The position numbers and the translations under genes were made by a program. From an uncultured Clostridia bacterium (lineage in GTDB: Bacteria > Bacillota > Clostridia > Christensenellales > HGM11417), in NCBI GenBank assembly GCA_944332455.1, contig CALVJY010000003.1, positions 49,988-113,987 of the forward strand: DNA of 64,000 bases, in the 5' to 3' direction. Below, one piece after another: positions 28,200-39,877 of this stretch. The notes beneath the pieces were generated by a model. The model saw nothing but the letters and a program-made list of their open reading frames with translations. It searched no databases and was not told the DNA's origin. Each line of letters opens with the position of its first letter. Position 1 is the first letter of the stretch.

Positions 28200-29438
28200 T
28201 CAGAGCAAAGAGACGGCCACGCCCTCGGGACGGATCTCCTCTGCCCGCGCACGCACCGGCAGACCGCAGGGGGCCTCCCGGATCAGGCAGGGCAGGTAGT
28301 TTCGGCTGTAGCCCGTAAGCATGCCGTCCTCCCCCCGCTCCTCGAAGATGACCTCCTGCTCCCGGCCCAGCTGGCTCTTCCAAAAGCTCGCCCGGCAGTC
28401 GGCGCGGACCGCTTCCAGACGGGCGGCGCGGTCGCGGAGCACTTCCTTGGGCAGGGGCTTTTGTTTACCTGCCGCCGTCCCCTCCCGGGAGGAATAGGGA
28501 AAGATATGCAGGTCCGAAAAGGCGGCGGCCCGGCAGACCTCCACCGTTCGGGCAAAGTCCTCCTCCCGCTCGGAGGGAAAGCCCACGATGACGTCCGTGG
28601 TCAGGCCGGCCTCCGGGAAGGCCTCCCGGATGAGCCGCACCGCCCGGAGAAATTCCTCCCCCGTGTAGTGGCGGTTCATGTCCTTCAGCACCCGATCCGA
28701 ACCCGACTGCAGGGAGAGATGAAAGTGGGGACAGAAGTTGGGCATGTCGGCCAGCGCGGCCAACAGCTCCGGCGTGACGGCGTGGACCTCCAGCGAGCCC
28801 AGCCGGATGCGGGCGGAGATCCCCTTCAGCGCCCGCATCAGTTCGGGAAGAGAACTGCCGATGTTCTTCCCGTAGTCGGACAGATTGATGCCGGTCAGGA
28901 CGATCTCGGCCGCCCCGCAGGCGTTGGCCTCGGCCAGAATGCTCGGGATCTCCCGGCTCCGGCTCCGCCCCCGCAGGTAGGGCACGATGCAGTAGGAGCA
29001 GAAATTGTCGCAGCCGTCCTGCACCTTCAGATAGGCCCGGGTGTGCACCCGGGCGGGATGAAAACAGTCCTCGTAGGCGGCGGGCGGGTCCGCCAGAAAG
29101 GCCCCGCAGCGATCCAGCATGCCCAAAAAGGCGGTCTTTCGGAAATTCCCGGTCACCAGAAGGGAAGGATCTTTGCGGAGAAAGGCCTGCGGATCCTTTT
29201 GGGAGGCACAGCCGCAGATCACGGTCTTGGCTTCCGGATTGAGCTTTTTGATCTTGGCCAGTACCTGCCTGGACTTCCGCTCGGCCTCGGCAGTCACCGC
29301 GCAGGTGTTGACCACATAGAGGTCGGCCGGCTCCAGCCCTTCCGCCACCTCATAGCCCGCCCGCTGCAGGGCGTCGATGATCCCGAAACTTTCGTATTGA
29401 TTGAGCTTGCACCCCAGAGTGTACACGCAGGCCTTCAT
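28200..29438 (-). CDS. mtaB: tRNA t6A37 methylthiotransferase MtaB (radical SAM)
   Basis: 412 aa beginning MKACVYTLGCKLNQYES, with radical-SAM motif CDNFCSYC. Position after prmA-rsmE matches Bacillus yqeT-yqeU-yqeV. Confidence 0.88.
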   Translation of the reverse strand: MKACVYTLGCKLNQYESFGIIDALQRAGYEVAEGLEPADLYVVNTCAVTAEAERKSRQVLAKIKKLNPEAKTVICGCASQKDPQAFLRKDPSLLVTGNFRKTAFLGMLDRCGAFLADPPAAYEDCFHPARVHTRAYLKVQDGCDNFCSYCIVPYLRGRSRSREIPSILAEANACGAAEIVLTGINLSDYGKNIGSSLPELMRALKGISARIRLGSLEVHAVTPELLAALADMPNFCPHFHLSLQSGSDRVLKDMNRHYTGEEFLRAVRLIREAFPEAGLTTDVIVGFPSEREEDFARTVEVCRAAAFSDLHIFPYSSREGTAAGKQKPLPKEVLRDRAARLEAVRADCRASFWKSQLGREQEVIFEERGEDGMLTGYSRNYLPCLIREAPCGLPVRARAEEIRPEGVAVSLL

Positions 29439-29511
29439 GCCGTTCTCCCGAGCCGCCCGCGGCGGCTCTTTTCAAATATGCTGAAATTAAATAAAACAGT
29501 TCAATTAAAAT

Positions 29512-29526
29512 ATTATTGAAAGATTT
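29512..29526 (+). repeat. AT-rich 15-mer motif copy (ATTATTGAAAGATTT)
   Basis: Read directly. It merges into the 33-bp tandem repeat. Confidence 0.8.
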
Positions 29527-29613
29527 TATATTACCATAAAGCCGCTCATTAAAAGATTTAATGCGTCTGTTAAACCTCTCATTGAAAGATTTTATATGAC
29601 TATAAAACCTCTG
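29515..29613. repeat. Three tandem 33-bp AT-rich repeats
   Basis: Unit 1 (29515-29547): ATTGAAAGATTTTATATTACCATAAAGCCGCTC. Unit 2 (29548-29580): ATTAAAAGATTTAATGCGTCTGTTAAACCTCTC. Unit 3 (29581-29613): ATTGAAAGATTTTATATGACTATAAAACCTCTG. Unit 3 covers the rsmE stop codon at 29600-29602. Confidence 0.85.
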
Positions 29614-30352
29614 CCGCCCCTTCCATCTCCCCGAAGCGGTACATGGCGCAGGTGCAGGCCGCCACGGCGGCCGTCTCCGCCCGCAGGATGCGGGGCCCCA
29701 GCGACACGCTGACGGCGCCGGCCCGGACGGCCTCTTCCTTTTCCTTTTCCGAAAAGCCGCCCTCCGGCCCGATGATCACGGCCAGGCGGGTCAGCCCCTC
29801 CGGAAGGGCGTTCAGCGCCTGGCGGATGCCGGTGGCGCGCTCGAACTCGCAGCAAAAAAGGGCGGCCTCGTGCAGGGGGAGTTCCCGGAGCACCCGGTCA
29901 AAGGAGAGGGTCTCCCGGATCTGCAAAATGCCGCTCCGCTCGCACTGTTTGGCGGACTCCCGGGCGATCTTGACCAGGCGGTCGGCGCGGACCCCTTTGG
30001 CCACGGTGTGTTCGCTGACAAAGGGGGTGACAGACCGCAGGCCCAGCTCGGAGAGCTTTTGCACCGCGAACTCGAGGTGGTCGCTCTTTAACAGGGCCAG
30101 ATAGGCCGACAGCTGCAGGCGGGGCTCGGCGGGATTGGGCCGCTCCTCCTCGATGCGGAAGATCACTTTGTCCTTCAGGATCTCGTGTACCCGGGCCAGC
30201 AGGTCCACGCCGTCCCCCACGCCCAGAATGGCGAGGTCCCCCACCGAAAAGCGCATGACGTTGACGATGTGGTGGAACTCGCTTCCGGAGACCACGATCC
30301 GGTCCCCCACCCGCTCCTCCGGTAAGATCAGAAATCGCTTTAATTTTGACAT
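29600..30352 (-). CDS. rsmE: 16S rRNA (uracil1498-N3)-methyltransferase RsmE
   Basis: MSKLKRFLI...GSEFHHIVNVMR...VIIGPEGGFSEKE matches RsmE. The start is taken at ATG 30352, overlapping the end of prmA. The alternative start is 30376. Confidence 0.85.
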   Translation of the reverse strand: MSKLKRFLILPEERVGDRIVVSGSEFHHIVNVMRFSVGDLAILGVGDGVDLLARVHEILKDKVIFRIEEERPNPAEPRLQLSAYLALLKSDHLEFAVQKLSELGLRSVTPFVSEHTVAKGVRADRLVKIARESAKQCERSGILQIRETLSFDRVLRELPLHEAALFCCEFERATGIRQALNALPEGLTRLAVIIGPEGGFSEKEKEEAVRAGAVSVSLGPRILRAETAAVAACTCAMYRFGEMEGAAEVL

Positions 30353-31287
30353 TGCCGCATGCGAATGGCCGCCCACTCGCCCTTTTCATAGATCCTGACC
30401 GGCTCCAGCCCGATGGCCCGATAGGCCGCCAGCACGTCCTGCTCCCGGCTTCTGATGATGCCGGACAGGATGAGTTCGCTCTTCCCGGTCATGTGCGCCG
30501 AAAGCCCCTTGGAGAGGTCGATCAGCACGTCGGCCACGATGTTGACCAGCAAGACGTCCCCCTTGATCTCCCGATCGTCCAAAAGGTTCTGACAGCGGAT
30601 CTCCAGCCGGTCAGACACCCCGTTGCGGGCGGCGTTGAGCTCGGCTGCCCGGACGGCCACGGGGTCGATGTCGGTCATGAACACCGAGCCGGCCCCCAGC
30701 AGCAGGGCGGTGATCCCCAGGATCCCGCTCCCGCAGCCCACGTCCAGCACCCGTTTGCCCTTCAGGTCGATCTCCTGCATCAGCTCGATGCACATGGAGG
30801 TGGTCTCGTGCTCGCCGGTGCCGAAGGCCATGCCGGGGTCGATCTTGACCACCACCTCGCCCGGCCGGGGAGCGTAGTCGATCCACTCCGGACAGACGGT
30901 CACGTTTTTCAGGGGAATGGGCTTGTAGTGCTTTTTCCAGACGTTGACCCAGTCCTCGTCGTCGATCTCCCGCCGGACGATCTCCAGCGAGCCGAAGTCC
31001 AGCGCCTCCCCGGCGTTTTGCCGGAGGGTCTCCAGCGCCTCCCGGATGCCGGCGTATTTTTGCTCCCAGCAGTCTGCGGGCACAAAGCCCTTGACCAGGA
31101 CCTGTTCGTCCGCCCCTTCCAGCAGGGCCTCGTCCAGATAGTCCCAGACCCGCCCGCTGTTCTGAAAGTCCAGCAGGTCCTTTTTGTCCGCGATGGCCAC
31201 CCCGTTCCCGCCCGACTCAAACAGCACGGACGCCACCAGATCGGCGGCCTCGGAGGTGGTATGTACGGTCAGTTCGATCCATTTCAT
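30340..31287 (-). CDS. prmA: Ribosomal protein L11 methyltransferase
   Basis: Start trimmed to ATG 31287 (RBS GGGAGA). MKWIELTVHTTSEAADLV...DPGMAFGTGEHETT...VLDVGCGSGIL. Confidence 0.9.
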   Translation of the reverse strand: MKWIELTVHTTSEAADLVASVLFESGGNGVAIADKKDLLDFQNSGRVWDYLDEALLEGADEQVLVKGFVPADCWEQKYAGIREALETLRQNAGEALDFGSLEIVRREIDDEDWVNVWKKHYKPIPLKNVTVCPEWIDYAPRPGEVVVKIDPGMAFGTGEHETTSMCIELMQEIDLKGKRVLDVGCGSGILGITALLLGAGSVFMTDIDPVAVRAAELNAARNGVSDRLEIRCQNLLDDREIKGDVLLVNIVADVLIDLSKGLSAHMTGKSELILSGIIRSREQDVLAAYRAIGLEPVRIYEKGEWAAIRMRQCQN

Positions 31288-31405
31288 GATTTTTCTCCCG
31301 GACGCGGCAGGCTGACGCATCCCGGATCCGGGGCGTCAGCCTGCTGCCGAATGATTTTCGACCTGTGTTTTCAAGCGCCCCGCATGATTCCATGCGGGGC
31401 CGCCT

Positions 31406-32545
31406 TTATTTTTTGTAGACGTCCTCCAAAAGGGCGCGGAATTGCTTGGCTTTGGGCAGATTTTTGTCCTCCAGGGAGCGGCAGAAGTCCTTCAGCTGAT
31501 CCTTCTGCCGGCCGGAAAGGCTCTTGGGGATCTCGACCTGCACGGTGACGTACAGATCCCCCGTTCCCTGACGGGAGCGCACCCCCTTGCCCCGGATGAA
31601 GAACATCTGCCCGCTCTGGGTCCCCTCCGGAATGGCGTAGGAGATGATGCCGTCCACCCCGGGCACCTCGATCTTGCCCCCGGTGACCGCCATGTACAGC
31701 GAGATCGGCACCTCGGTGAAGAGGTCGTTGCCCTTGCGCTTGATGAGCTTGTGCGGGGTGACCGTGATGTTGATGAGAAGATCGCCCGGCTGACCGTTCG
31801 GGGTGGGACAGGCGTTGCCCTCCCCCCGGACCCGCAGCACGTTGTTGCTGTCGATGCCGGCGGGGATGTCCACCTTGATGGTCTTTTGCTGGCGGGTCGA
31901 ACCCTTGCCGCCGCAGGCCGAACATTTTTCGGTGATGATCCGGCCGGTCCCGCCGCAGGCCTCGCAGCGCTTGATGTTGACGGTGCGGCCGAATCCGCTC
32001 TCCCGGACCACCTGATACTGCCCCTGGCCCTTGCATTTTTGGCAGGTCGTGTAGGCCTTGCCGTCCTTGGCGCCGGTGCCGTTGCAGTAGATGCAACTCT
32101 CCTCCCGGTTGACGGTGATCTCCCTGGTGACGCCCTTGACCGCTTCGGTAAAGCTGAGCGTCAGGCTGATCTGGATGTCCGAGCCCTTCTGCTGCTGCCG
32201 CTGGGCCCGGGCGCCGCCCCCGCCGAACATGTTGAAGATGTTCATCAGGTCGTCGCCGAAATCGAATCCCGAAAAGGCGCTTCCGAATCCGCCTCCGCCG
32301 CCGCCAAAGCCCCCGAATCCGCCGAATCCGCCCTCGCGCTCGGCGTCATAGGCCGCCCTCTTCTTGGCATCGGAGAGGGTCTCGTAGGCCTCGTTGACGT
32401 CCTTGAACTTGGCGGCCGCCGCCGGATCGTTGGGGTGGAGGTCCGGGTGGTACTGCTTGGCCAGCTTCCGATAGGCGGTCTTGATCTCGTCCTCGGTCGC
32501 GGTCTTGGAGACGCCCAGGATCTCGTAATAATTTTTAGTTGCCAT
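31406..32545 (-). CDS. dnaJ: Molecular chaperone DnaJ
   Basis: 379 aa with the J domain (YYEILGV...HPD), a G/F-rich region and four CxxCxGxG zinc-finger repeats. Confidence 0.97.
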   Translation of the reverse strand: MATKNYYEILGVSKTATEDEIKTAYRKLAKQYHPDLHPNDPAAAAKFKDVNEAYETLSDAKKRAAYDAEREGGFGGFGGFGGGGGGFGSAFSGFDFGDDLMNIFNMFGGGGARAQRQQQKGSDIQISLTLSFTEAVKGVTREITVNREESCIYCNGTGAKDGKAYTTCQKCKGQGQYQVVRESGFGRTVNIKRCEACGGTGRIITEKCSACGGKGSTRQQKTIKVDIPAGIDSNNVLRVRGEGNACPTPNGQPGDLLINITVTPHKLIKRKGNDLFTEVPISLYMAVTGGKIEVPGVDGIISYAIPEGTQSGQMFFIRGKGVRSRQGTGDLYVTVQVEIPKSLSGRQKDQLKDFCRSLEDKNLPKAKQFRALLEDVYKK

Positions 32546-32678
32546 AACTCAAATCACCTGTCCTGTGTTCCGTCCGCCGAAATACCTCGAGGCTCTGCGC
32601 GGGAAGATCCGCGCAGAGCCCGGGGTCCGGTCCTCCGACCGCCTGAGAGCGGGACGGAACCGAGTTTACATTGCTTTT

Positions 32679-34529
<1,851 letters not shown>

Positions 34530-34548
34530 TTAATAATTTTTGAATGTT

Positions 34549-35220
34549 TTACGATTGAAGTTTGTGGACGATGACCTGGGCGTGCTTGATGACCTTGTCT
34601 CCGTAGCGGTAGCCGTTGGCCACCACATTGGCTACGGTGTCGTCCTTTTCCGGCTCCGTGGTGGGCGCGGTCATGACGGCGTCGTGTTCGTTCAGATCGA
34701 AGGGCTTGCCTAGCGCCTCCATCCGTTCGACCCCGATCTCGCGCAGGGCGTCCTCGAACTGGCGGACGATCTGCTCCAGCCCCGCCCGGTCGGCGGGATC
34801 CCGGACCGAGTCCAGCGCCCTTAAAAAGCTGTCCAGCACGGGGACCACCTTCAGGGCCACCCGGCATTCGGCCTCCTCCTTGGCCTTGGCCGTGATCTCG
34901 GCGTTCCGCTTGCGGTAGTTGTCGAAATCCACCTGCAGCCTCTGGTAAAGGTTGCTGACGTCCGTGGCCTGGCTGACGATCTTTTCGGCCCGCTTGTACT
35001 TGGCCTTCTGCTCCTCCAGCTCCTTTTTCAGCTGCTCTTGTTCGGCGATCAGCTGGGAGTTTTCCTCCCGCAGGGCCTTGGAGAGCTCGACCAGGCAGTC
35101 CCGGTCCAGCTCCTCCACCTTGGGTTCGCCCCCTTCGGGGGCTCCCCCGGCGGCGGTCTCCGGCTGCTTTTTGGGGTCGGGGTTCTGCTGAAAATCTTGA
35201 TCCTGTTTATTCTCTTTCAT
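34549..35220 (-). CDS. grpE: Nucleotide exchange factor GrpE
   Basis: The C-terminal GrpE fold pattern is present (...YQRLQVDFDNYRKR...GYRYGDKVIKHAQV). ATG 35220 is preferred over 35229 because of AGGTGA spacing. Confidence 0.9.
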   Translation of the reverse strand: MKENKQDQDFQQNPDPKKQPETAAGGAPEGGEPKVEELDRDCLVELSKALREENSQLIAEQEQLKKELEEQKAKYKRAEKIVSQATDVSNLYQRLQVDFDNYRKRNAEITAKAKEEAECRVALKVVPVLDSFLRALDSVRDPADRAGLEQIVRQFEDALREIGVERMEALGKPFDLNEHDAVMTAPTTEPEKDDTVANVVANGYRYGDKVIKHAQVIVHKLQS

Positions 35221-36271
35221 CTTTGTCATTCACCTTCTTTTCGGTCATCTCCCGTCCGATCTCGTTCAGGGTCCTGCCGATGCTGTTCAGGACCTGGATG
35301 ACCCGGTTGTAGTCCATCCGCATGGGGCCGATCACGCCGGCGCTGCCCACGTTGACCCCGTTCAGCTTGTAGTTGGCGGACACCAACGCGAAATCATCGG
35401 CCAGAGAACTGTCGTCCTCCCGTCCGATCTTGACGGTGATCTCCAGATTGTTGTCCTCGGTCTTCAAGATGCTGCCCAGCTTCTCCTTGGAGTCCAGCAC
35501 CGAGAGGAAGTTTTTGGTGGTGTCGATGTCGTTGAACTCGGTGTGCTTGAAGATGTTGGTGCTGCCCTCCAGGACCAGGTTCTGTTCGGCCTTGGATTTT
35601 ACATATTCTTTTAACAACTTCACCACCTTTTCAAACAACAATTTGTAATTTTTTATTCTGTCGTTCAAAAGGGACTCGTCCAGGTCGGTGGCCTCGGAGA
35701 GTTTTTTCTCGTCGAAGACCTCGTTGAGGATCTGCTCGGCCGCGCTGATGTAGTTGTCGTCGGCGTCAAAGTCGGTGGCGATGATGCTGTCCTTGATGAT
35801 GTTGACGTCGGTCATGACGATCAGCAGGATGCTCCGCTCGTTCAGCTTGACCAGTTTGACGTTTTTGATGACGTCATTGGACACGCTGCCCAAAAAGCCC
35901 ACCGCCGTGTAGTCGGTCAGCTCGCTGATCAGCTTGGCCGCGCTCTTGACCAGAAATTCGGACTCCGGAAAGTGATCGGAAAACTTGCTGTAGATGTAGT
36001 CGATCTCCTCCTCGGTCAGATCCTCCCGCGGCATCAGCTCGTTGGTGTACAGCTTGTAGGCCTTGGCCAGCGGCACCCGGCCGGCCGACGTGTGGGGCTG
36101 GCCGAGATAGCCCAGCTCCTCCAGCTGGGCCAGCTCGCTGCGGATGGTCGCGCTGGAAAACTCGGACAGATGCCGCTCCTGAATGGTCTTGCTGGAGACC
36201 GGCTGGCCGTCCTCGATGTAGTCGTCCACCACCACTTTCAGAATTTTCTTTTTACGATCGGACAGTTCCAT
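35207..36271 (-). CDS. hrcA: Heat-inducible transcription repressor HrcA
   Basis: 354 aa beginning MELSDRKKKILKVVVDDYIEDGQPVSSKTI. First gene of the hrcA-grpE-dnaK-dnaJ cluster. Confidence 0.93.
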   Translation of the reverse strand: MELSDRKKKILKVVVDDYIEDGQPVSSKTIQERHLSEFSSATIRSELAQLEELGYLGQPHTSAGRVPLAKAYKLYTNELMPREDLTEEEIDYIYSKFSDHFPESEFLVKSAAKLISELTDYTAVGFLGSVSNDVIKNVKLVKLNERSILLIVMTDVNIIKDSIIATDFDADDNYISAAEQILNEVFDEKKLSEATDLDESLLNDRIKNYKLLFEKVVKLLKEYVKSKAEQNLVLEGSTNIFKHTEFNDIDTTKNFLSVLDSKEKLGSILKTEDNNLEITVKIGREDDSSLADDFALVSANYKLNGVNVGSAGVIGPMRMDYNRVIQVLNSIGRTLNEIGREMTEKKVNDKDERE

Positions 36272-36313
36272 GGCTCTGCCTCCAGATCTTTTAGCACTCC
36301 TTTTGCTTTACTG

Positions 36314-36340
36314 TTAGCACTCTTTAAGCCAGACTGCTAA
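36314..36340. promoter_or_regulatory. CIRCE operator (HrcA binding site)
   Basis: TTAGCACTC-tttaagcca-GACTGCTAA, one mismatch to TTAGCACTC-N9-GAGTGCTAA. An extra TTAGCACTC half-site lies at 36291-36299. Confidence 0.85.
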
Positions 36341-36350
36341 ATTTGATTAT

Positions 36351-36379
36351 AATGTACCACTTTCCGAAAGAATTGTCAA
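36351..36379 (-). promoter_or_regulatory. Sigma-A promoter of the hrcA operon
   Basis: On the minus strand: TTGACA (36379-36374)-17-TACATT (36356-36351), immediately upstream of CIRCE. Confidence 0.7.
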
Positions 36380-36548
36380 GGGTTTGAGGGCACTTTTCCC
36401 AAAAAAATTTTCCGGGGCTTCCCTGCGGCCTCTCGACCCCCGCCGCGAGGGCGGCCTCTCCCCTTCAGTATGTGAAATCTTCCGCCCTTTCATGCCCGAG
36501 AGCCTTCCGGCCGGCACACTTTGCCGCGGGCCGCTCCCGACACAGCAA

Positions 36549-36578
36549 AACCGCCGCCCGGAAGCCCGGACGGCGGTT
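36549..36578 (-). terminator. Intrinsic terminator after the acetyltransferase-like gene
   Basis: On the minus strand: AACCGCCG-tccgggcttccggg-CGGCGGTT followed by TTTTGC. Confidence 0.6.
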
Positions 36579-36654
36579 GCCCTAAAATTTGAAATCAGAA
36601 AGATGAAGGCTGCCCCAACGCTCAAATGCGCTCGCGGCGGGTCTCGCCGCCCCT

Positions 36655-37830
36655 TTACACGCTCTCTGCGGCGGCTTCGGCCTCGGAACGGACTTCGGCG
36701 CCGGGAATGGCGGCGATGTAGCAGCGGCGGCGCTTGTGCTTGACGTGCTCGAACTGCTCCCAAAGGTTGTTGATGGGGAAATTGGTCTCCAGGGTGCCGT
36801 TGGTCTCCACGCTCTTGACGCCCATGTCGATGATGTTCTGCATGATCCGGCGAACCACCAAAGCGTAGACCCCGCGGTTCTTCCACTCCGGATCCACCGA
36901 GATCAGGGCCAGCTCCACCTCGTCGAAGTGCTTGACGGCGTGCAGCAGCCGGAAGGCCCCGAAGGGGAAGAGTTTGCCTCCGCACTTGTTCATGGCGTGC
37001 CAGATGCAGGGAAAGACCACGCCGAAGCCCACCACGTTGTCCTTTTCGTCCACGATGACGCTGATCAGCCGGGGATCGAAGATCAGCCCCAGCGAGGACA
37101 GCATTTCGTCCCGCACCCGGGGGGTCAGGGGCACCCAGCCCAGAAGGTGGGCGCAGGCCTTGTTCATCAGGTCGAAGATCTTGGCGCCGTAGCGCTTGAC
37201 GATCTCCTTGGCGGGGGTATCGTTTTTGACGGCGTCCCGCAGCTTGTAGCGCTGTTCCACCAGGTCAGCCATTTTGGCCAGCTTGGGATCGACCTGCTTG
37301 GGCGGGGTGATCTTGCGCTCCAGCCAGTCCTCCTGCTTGGTAAAGCCCAGCGCCTCGAGGTGCCGGCTGTAGTACTCGTAGTTGTAGATCCCGCCGTAGC
37401 AGGCCGGCTGATCGAATCCGTAGATCAGCAGCCCCTCCTTGTCCTGATCGTTGTAGCCCAAGGGCCCCTGCAGATGGTCGATGCCGTAGCGCTTGGCGAT
37501 CTCAAAGGCCGCGGCAAACAGGGCCTTGGTGACTTCGAGGTCGTCGATGACGTCGAAGCGGGAAAAGCGGGCGTGGTGCAGCCCGGACTGCTCGATGTAG
37601 GGATAGCTGATGATCAGGGCCAGCCGGCCGGCGGGCTTGCCGTCCTTGAAGGCCAGGAAAAAGTGGGAGTCGGTGTAGTCGGAGTAGATGTTGGTCTCCT
37701 TGTCGAAGAGCTTCATCTCCTCGGCGTAAAAGCAGGGAATGTAGTTGGGGTTCCCCTTGTAGAGCTTGAGGGGAAAATTGACAAAGGTCTTCCTGTCCTT
37801 TTTGGAGGCGACCTCGCGGACTTCGATCAT
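36655..37830 (-). CDS. GNAT-like N-acetyltransferase family protein (about 391 aa, function unknown)
   Basis: Start trimmed to ATG 37830 (RBS GGAAGGAAGG). MIEVREVASKKDRKTFVNFPLKLYKGNPNYIP... and a C-terminal ISVDPEWKNRGVYALV acetyl-CoA-type block. Family assignment is from memory only. Confidence 0.5.
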   Translation of the reverse strand: MIEVREVASKKDRKTFVNFPLKLYKGNPNYIPCFYAEEMKLFDKETNIYSDYTDSHFFLAFKDGKPAGRLALIISYPYIEQSGLHHARFSRFDVIDDLEVTKALFAAAFEIAKRYGIDHLQGPLGYNDQDKEGLLIYGFDQPACYGGIYNYEYYSRHLEALGFTKQEDWLERKITPPKQVDPKLAKMADLVEQRYKLRDAVKNDTPAKEIVKRYGAKIFDLMNKACAHLLGWVPLTPRVRDEMLSSLGLIFDPRLISVIVDEKDNVVGFGVVFPCIWHAMNKCGGKLFPFGAFRLLHAVKHFDEVELALISVDPEWKNRGVYALVVRRIMQNIIDMGVKSVETNGTLETNFPINNLWEQFEHVKHKRRRCYIAAIPGAEVRSEAEAAAESV

Positions 37831-37992
37831 ATCGTACCTTCCTTCCAAAACTGCGGCCCGCCGGAATGCGCGCCGGAACCGCCCTCTGCCCTCGGGTTTC
37901 GGGCGGTCATAAGATGTATTATAGCCGATTTTCCCCGGAAAGGCAACCTTTTCTCCCCTGAAATTCGGGATCGCGCCCTGAAAAATGAGCGA

Positions 37993-38295
37993 TCAGTCAT
38001 TTTTTTCCCTCTTTTTCCCTCTCGGAAGGTAAATTTTCATGAAGGGAAAGAGAAAAGAGCCGTTGATCTCCTGCAGGCCTTCGACCGTACAGCGGGCGCG
38101 GGCGGCCAATTCGGCCCAGGTCTCGAAGGGCCGGACGGTCAGGGGGCGGCCGCACTCCTCCGGCAGCAGCAGAAGATCTCCCTCCTCGGCCTCCTCCGTC
38201 CCGTTCAGCCTGCACAAAAGATAAAAGGGCAGATCCAGTTTTCCGGCGATCCCCGGCAGGCTCTCGCCCGGCCTGACCCGATACACTTTTTCCAT
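37993..38295 (-). CDS. LysM domain protein (about 100 aa)
   Basis: Start trimmed to ATG 38295 (RBS GGAGGAAG). YRVRPGESLPGIAGKLDLPFYLLCRLNG is LysM-like. A second weaker LysM-like segment follows. Confidence 0.6.
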   Translation of the reverse strand: MEKVYRVRPGESLPGIAGKLDLPFYLLCRLNGTEEAEEGDLLLLPEECGRPLTVRPFETWAELAARARCTVEGLQEINGSFLFPFMKIYLPRGKKREKND

Positions 38296-38376
38296 GGTTC
38301 GATCTTCCTCCGGCTCCCTCCGCCTTCCCGGTCCGGGCGGTCCGGAAGAGCCCCTTCTTATGACAAACTTTTCTTT

Positions 38377-38405
38377 ACTATATGAAACGGAAAAGATAAT
38401 TATGC
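38377..38405 (-). promoter_or_regulatory. Mother-cell (sigma-E/K type) promoter candidate upstream of the LysM gene
   Basis: On the minus strand: GCATAAT-14 nt-CATATAGT. Confidence 0.45.
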
Positions 38406-38755
38406 CCGTCAAGGCCCGGCGGACGTTCGGGAGTTCCCACATCGCGTGTTATATTCAAGGGACTCCTGCGCAAAAGGAGCCGATCTCTGTCAAAATTCCC
38501 CCTGTTTAGACATCTTTACTTCAAAAAAATTTTCTCTTACACGCCTTTCGGGAACTCCCCGGACGTTCCGGACATCGGCATGAGGACGGCAGCCGGGAGG
38601 AAGGCAAGGCTCACGGCATCCGGAAAAGGCTGCAACTTATGCCCGGCGGCTCCGGAAGGAAGGCCTTCTCTCCGAAAACCCGGATGCTGCCGAAGTTTGG
38701 CGAATCGGCTCTGCCAAAGAGGAAAATCCCCCTTTGCGCGCCGGGGCCGGAATTT

Positions 38756-39877
38756 TTACAGCAGCTTTCGGATCTCCGCCAGCCAGGCCTTGTCCTCCAG
38801 TTCGAGCGGATTGCCCGAAAAGGCGTTGCCGTGGGCGGCGGCCACCAGCTGTTCGGCCTCAGCCCCGGACAGGCCCAGAAAACGCAGGTCTTCCGGGATC
38901 CCGAAGGTCCGGTTGAGCGACTCGATCCACTCGATCAGGGCCTCGGGATCAGACCGGCCGGTCAGGATGCGGGCGGCCTCCTCCAGGGCGGGACGGCAGG
39001 CGGGCAGATTGACCCGAAGAATGTGCGGAAGGAAGACAGCGCAGGCCCGGCCGTGCGGGATCCCGAAGCGCGAGCCCAGGGCGGCCGCAAACCCGTGCAC
39101 CGCGCCCAGCCCGCCGTTGGCCAAAGCCAGGCCGGAGTACAGCGCCGCCAGGGCCATCTGCCCCCGCAGCCTGAGATCGGATCCCTCCGCCCACACCCGG
39201 GGCAGGACGGCGGCATAGCGAAGACCTGCCAGGGCCAGATCCCGGGTCATGGGCGTGGACTTGCGGGAGATCAGGGCCTCCAGCAGCTGGGTCAGGGCGT
39301 CCATCCCGCTTTCTGCGGTCACCCGGGGCGGGACGCCGGTCATCAGCTCGGGATCCAGAAAGACGCCGGCGGCGTACAGGCGCTCGTCCCGGAAGGATTT
39401 TTTCCAGCCCTCCTCCGGGCAGGCGATCACCGCGTTCTTGGTGACCTCGGCTCCCGTCCCTGCCGTCGTGGGCAGGGCAACCCAGGGAAGGGGCTCGGCC
39501 TGAAGTTTTCGCCCGATGCCCACGCCCTCGAGATAGTCCCGGAGCGGAAAGGACTCTGCGGCCAGTCCGGCCGCGGCTTTGACGGTATCCAGACAGCTTC
39601 CCCCGCCCAGGGCCGCTAAAAATTCGGCCCCCGCGCAACGGGCCGCATCGGCGCAGGATTCCACCGAGGCCAAAGTGGGCTCTCCCCGCTCCGTCACAAA
39701 GAGGCTCACCTCCAGCCCCTCCCTCCGGCAATCCGAGATCAGTTCCTCCCCAAAACTCGTCAGACTGCGGGAGAGGACCAGCATGCCCCGGGTCCCCCGT
39801 TTTTTCAAGAAGGCGGGCAGTTCCCGCCGGCATCCCTCGCCGAAGCGGATCCGCGCCGGCGCATAGAAAGAAAACAT
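38756..39877 (-). CDS. Iron-containing alcohol dehydrogenase family protein
   Basis: Start trimmed to ATG 39877. LGGGSCLDTVKA (GGGSxxD), ALPTTAGTGAEVT and the His-rich metal site (GAVHGF...PHG). Confidence 0.85.
   Translation of the reverse strand: MFSFYAPARIRFGEGCRRELPAFLKKRGTRGMLVLSRSLTSFGEELISDCRREGLEVSLFVTERGEPTLASVESCADAARCAGAEFLAALGGGSCLDTVKAAAGLAAESFPLRDYLEGVGIGRKLQAEPLPWVALPTTAGTGAEVTKNAVIACPEEGWKKSFRDERLYAAGVFLDPELMTGVPPRVTAESGMDALTQLLEALISRKSTPMTRDLALAGLRYAAVLPRVWAEGSDLRLRGQMALAALYSGLALANGGLGAVHGFAAALGSRFGIPHGRACAVFLPHILRVNLPACRPALEEAARILTGRSDPEALIEWIESLNRTFGIPEDLRFLGLSGAEAEQLVAAAHGNAFSGNPLELEDKAWLAEIRKLL

Noticed and set aside
29515-29613. Possible CRISPR array (regular 33-bp repeats). 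The same question applies to 41740-41950.
   Set aside because: There are only three AT-rich units directly abutting one another with no spacers. The 41.7-kb units are degenerate. There are no cas genes in the window.
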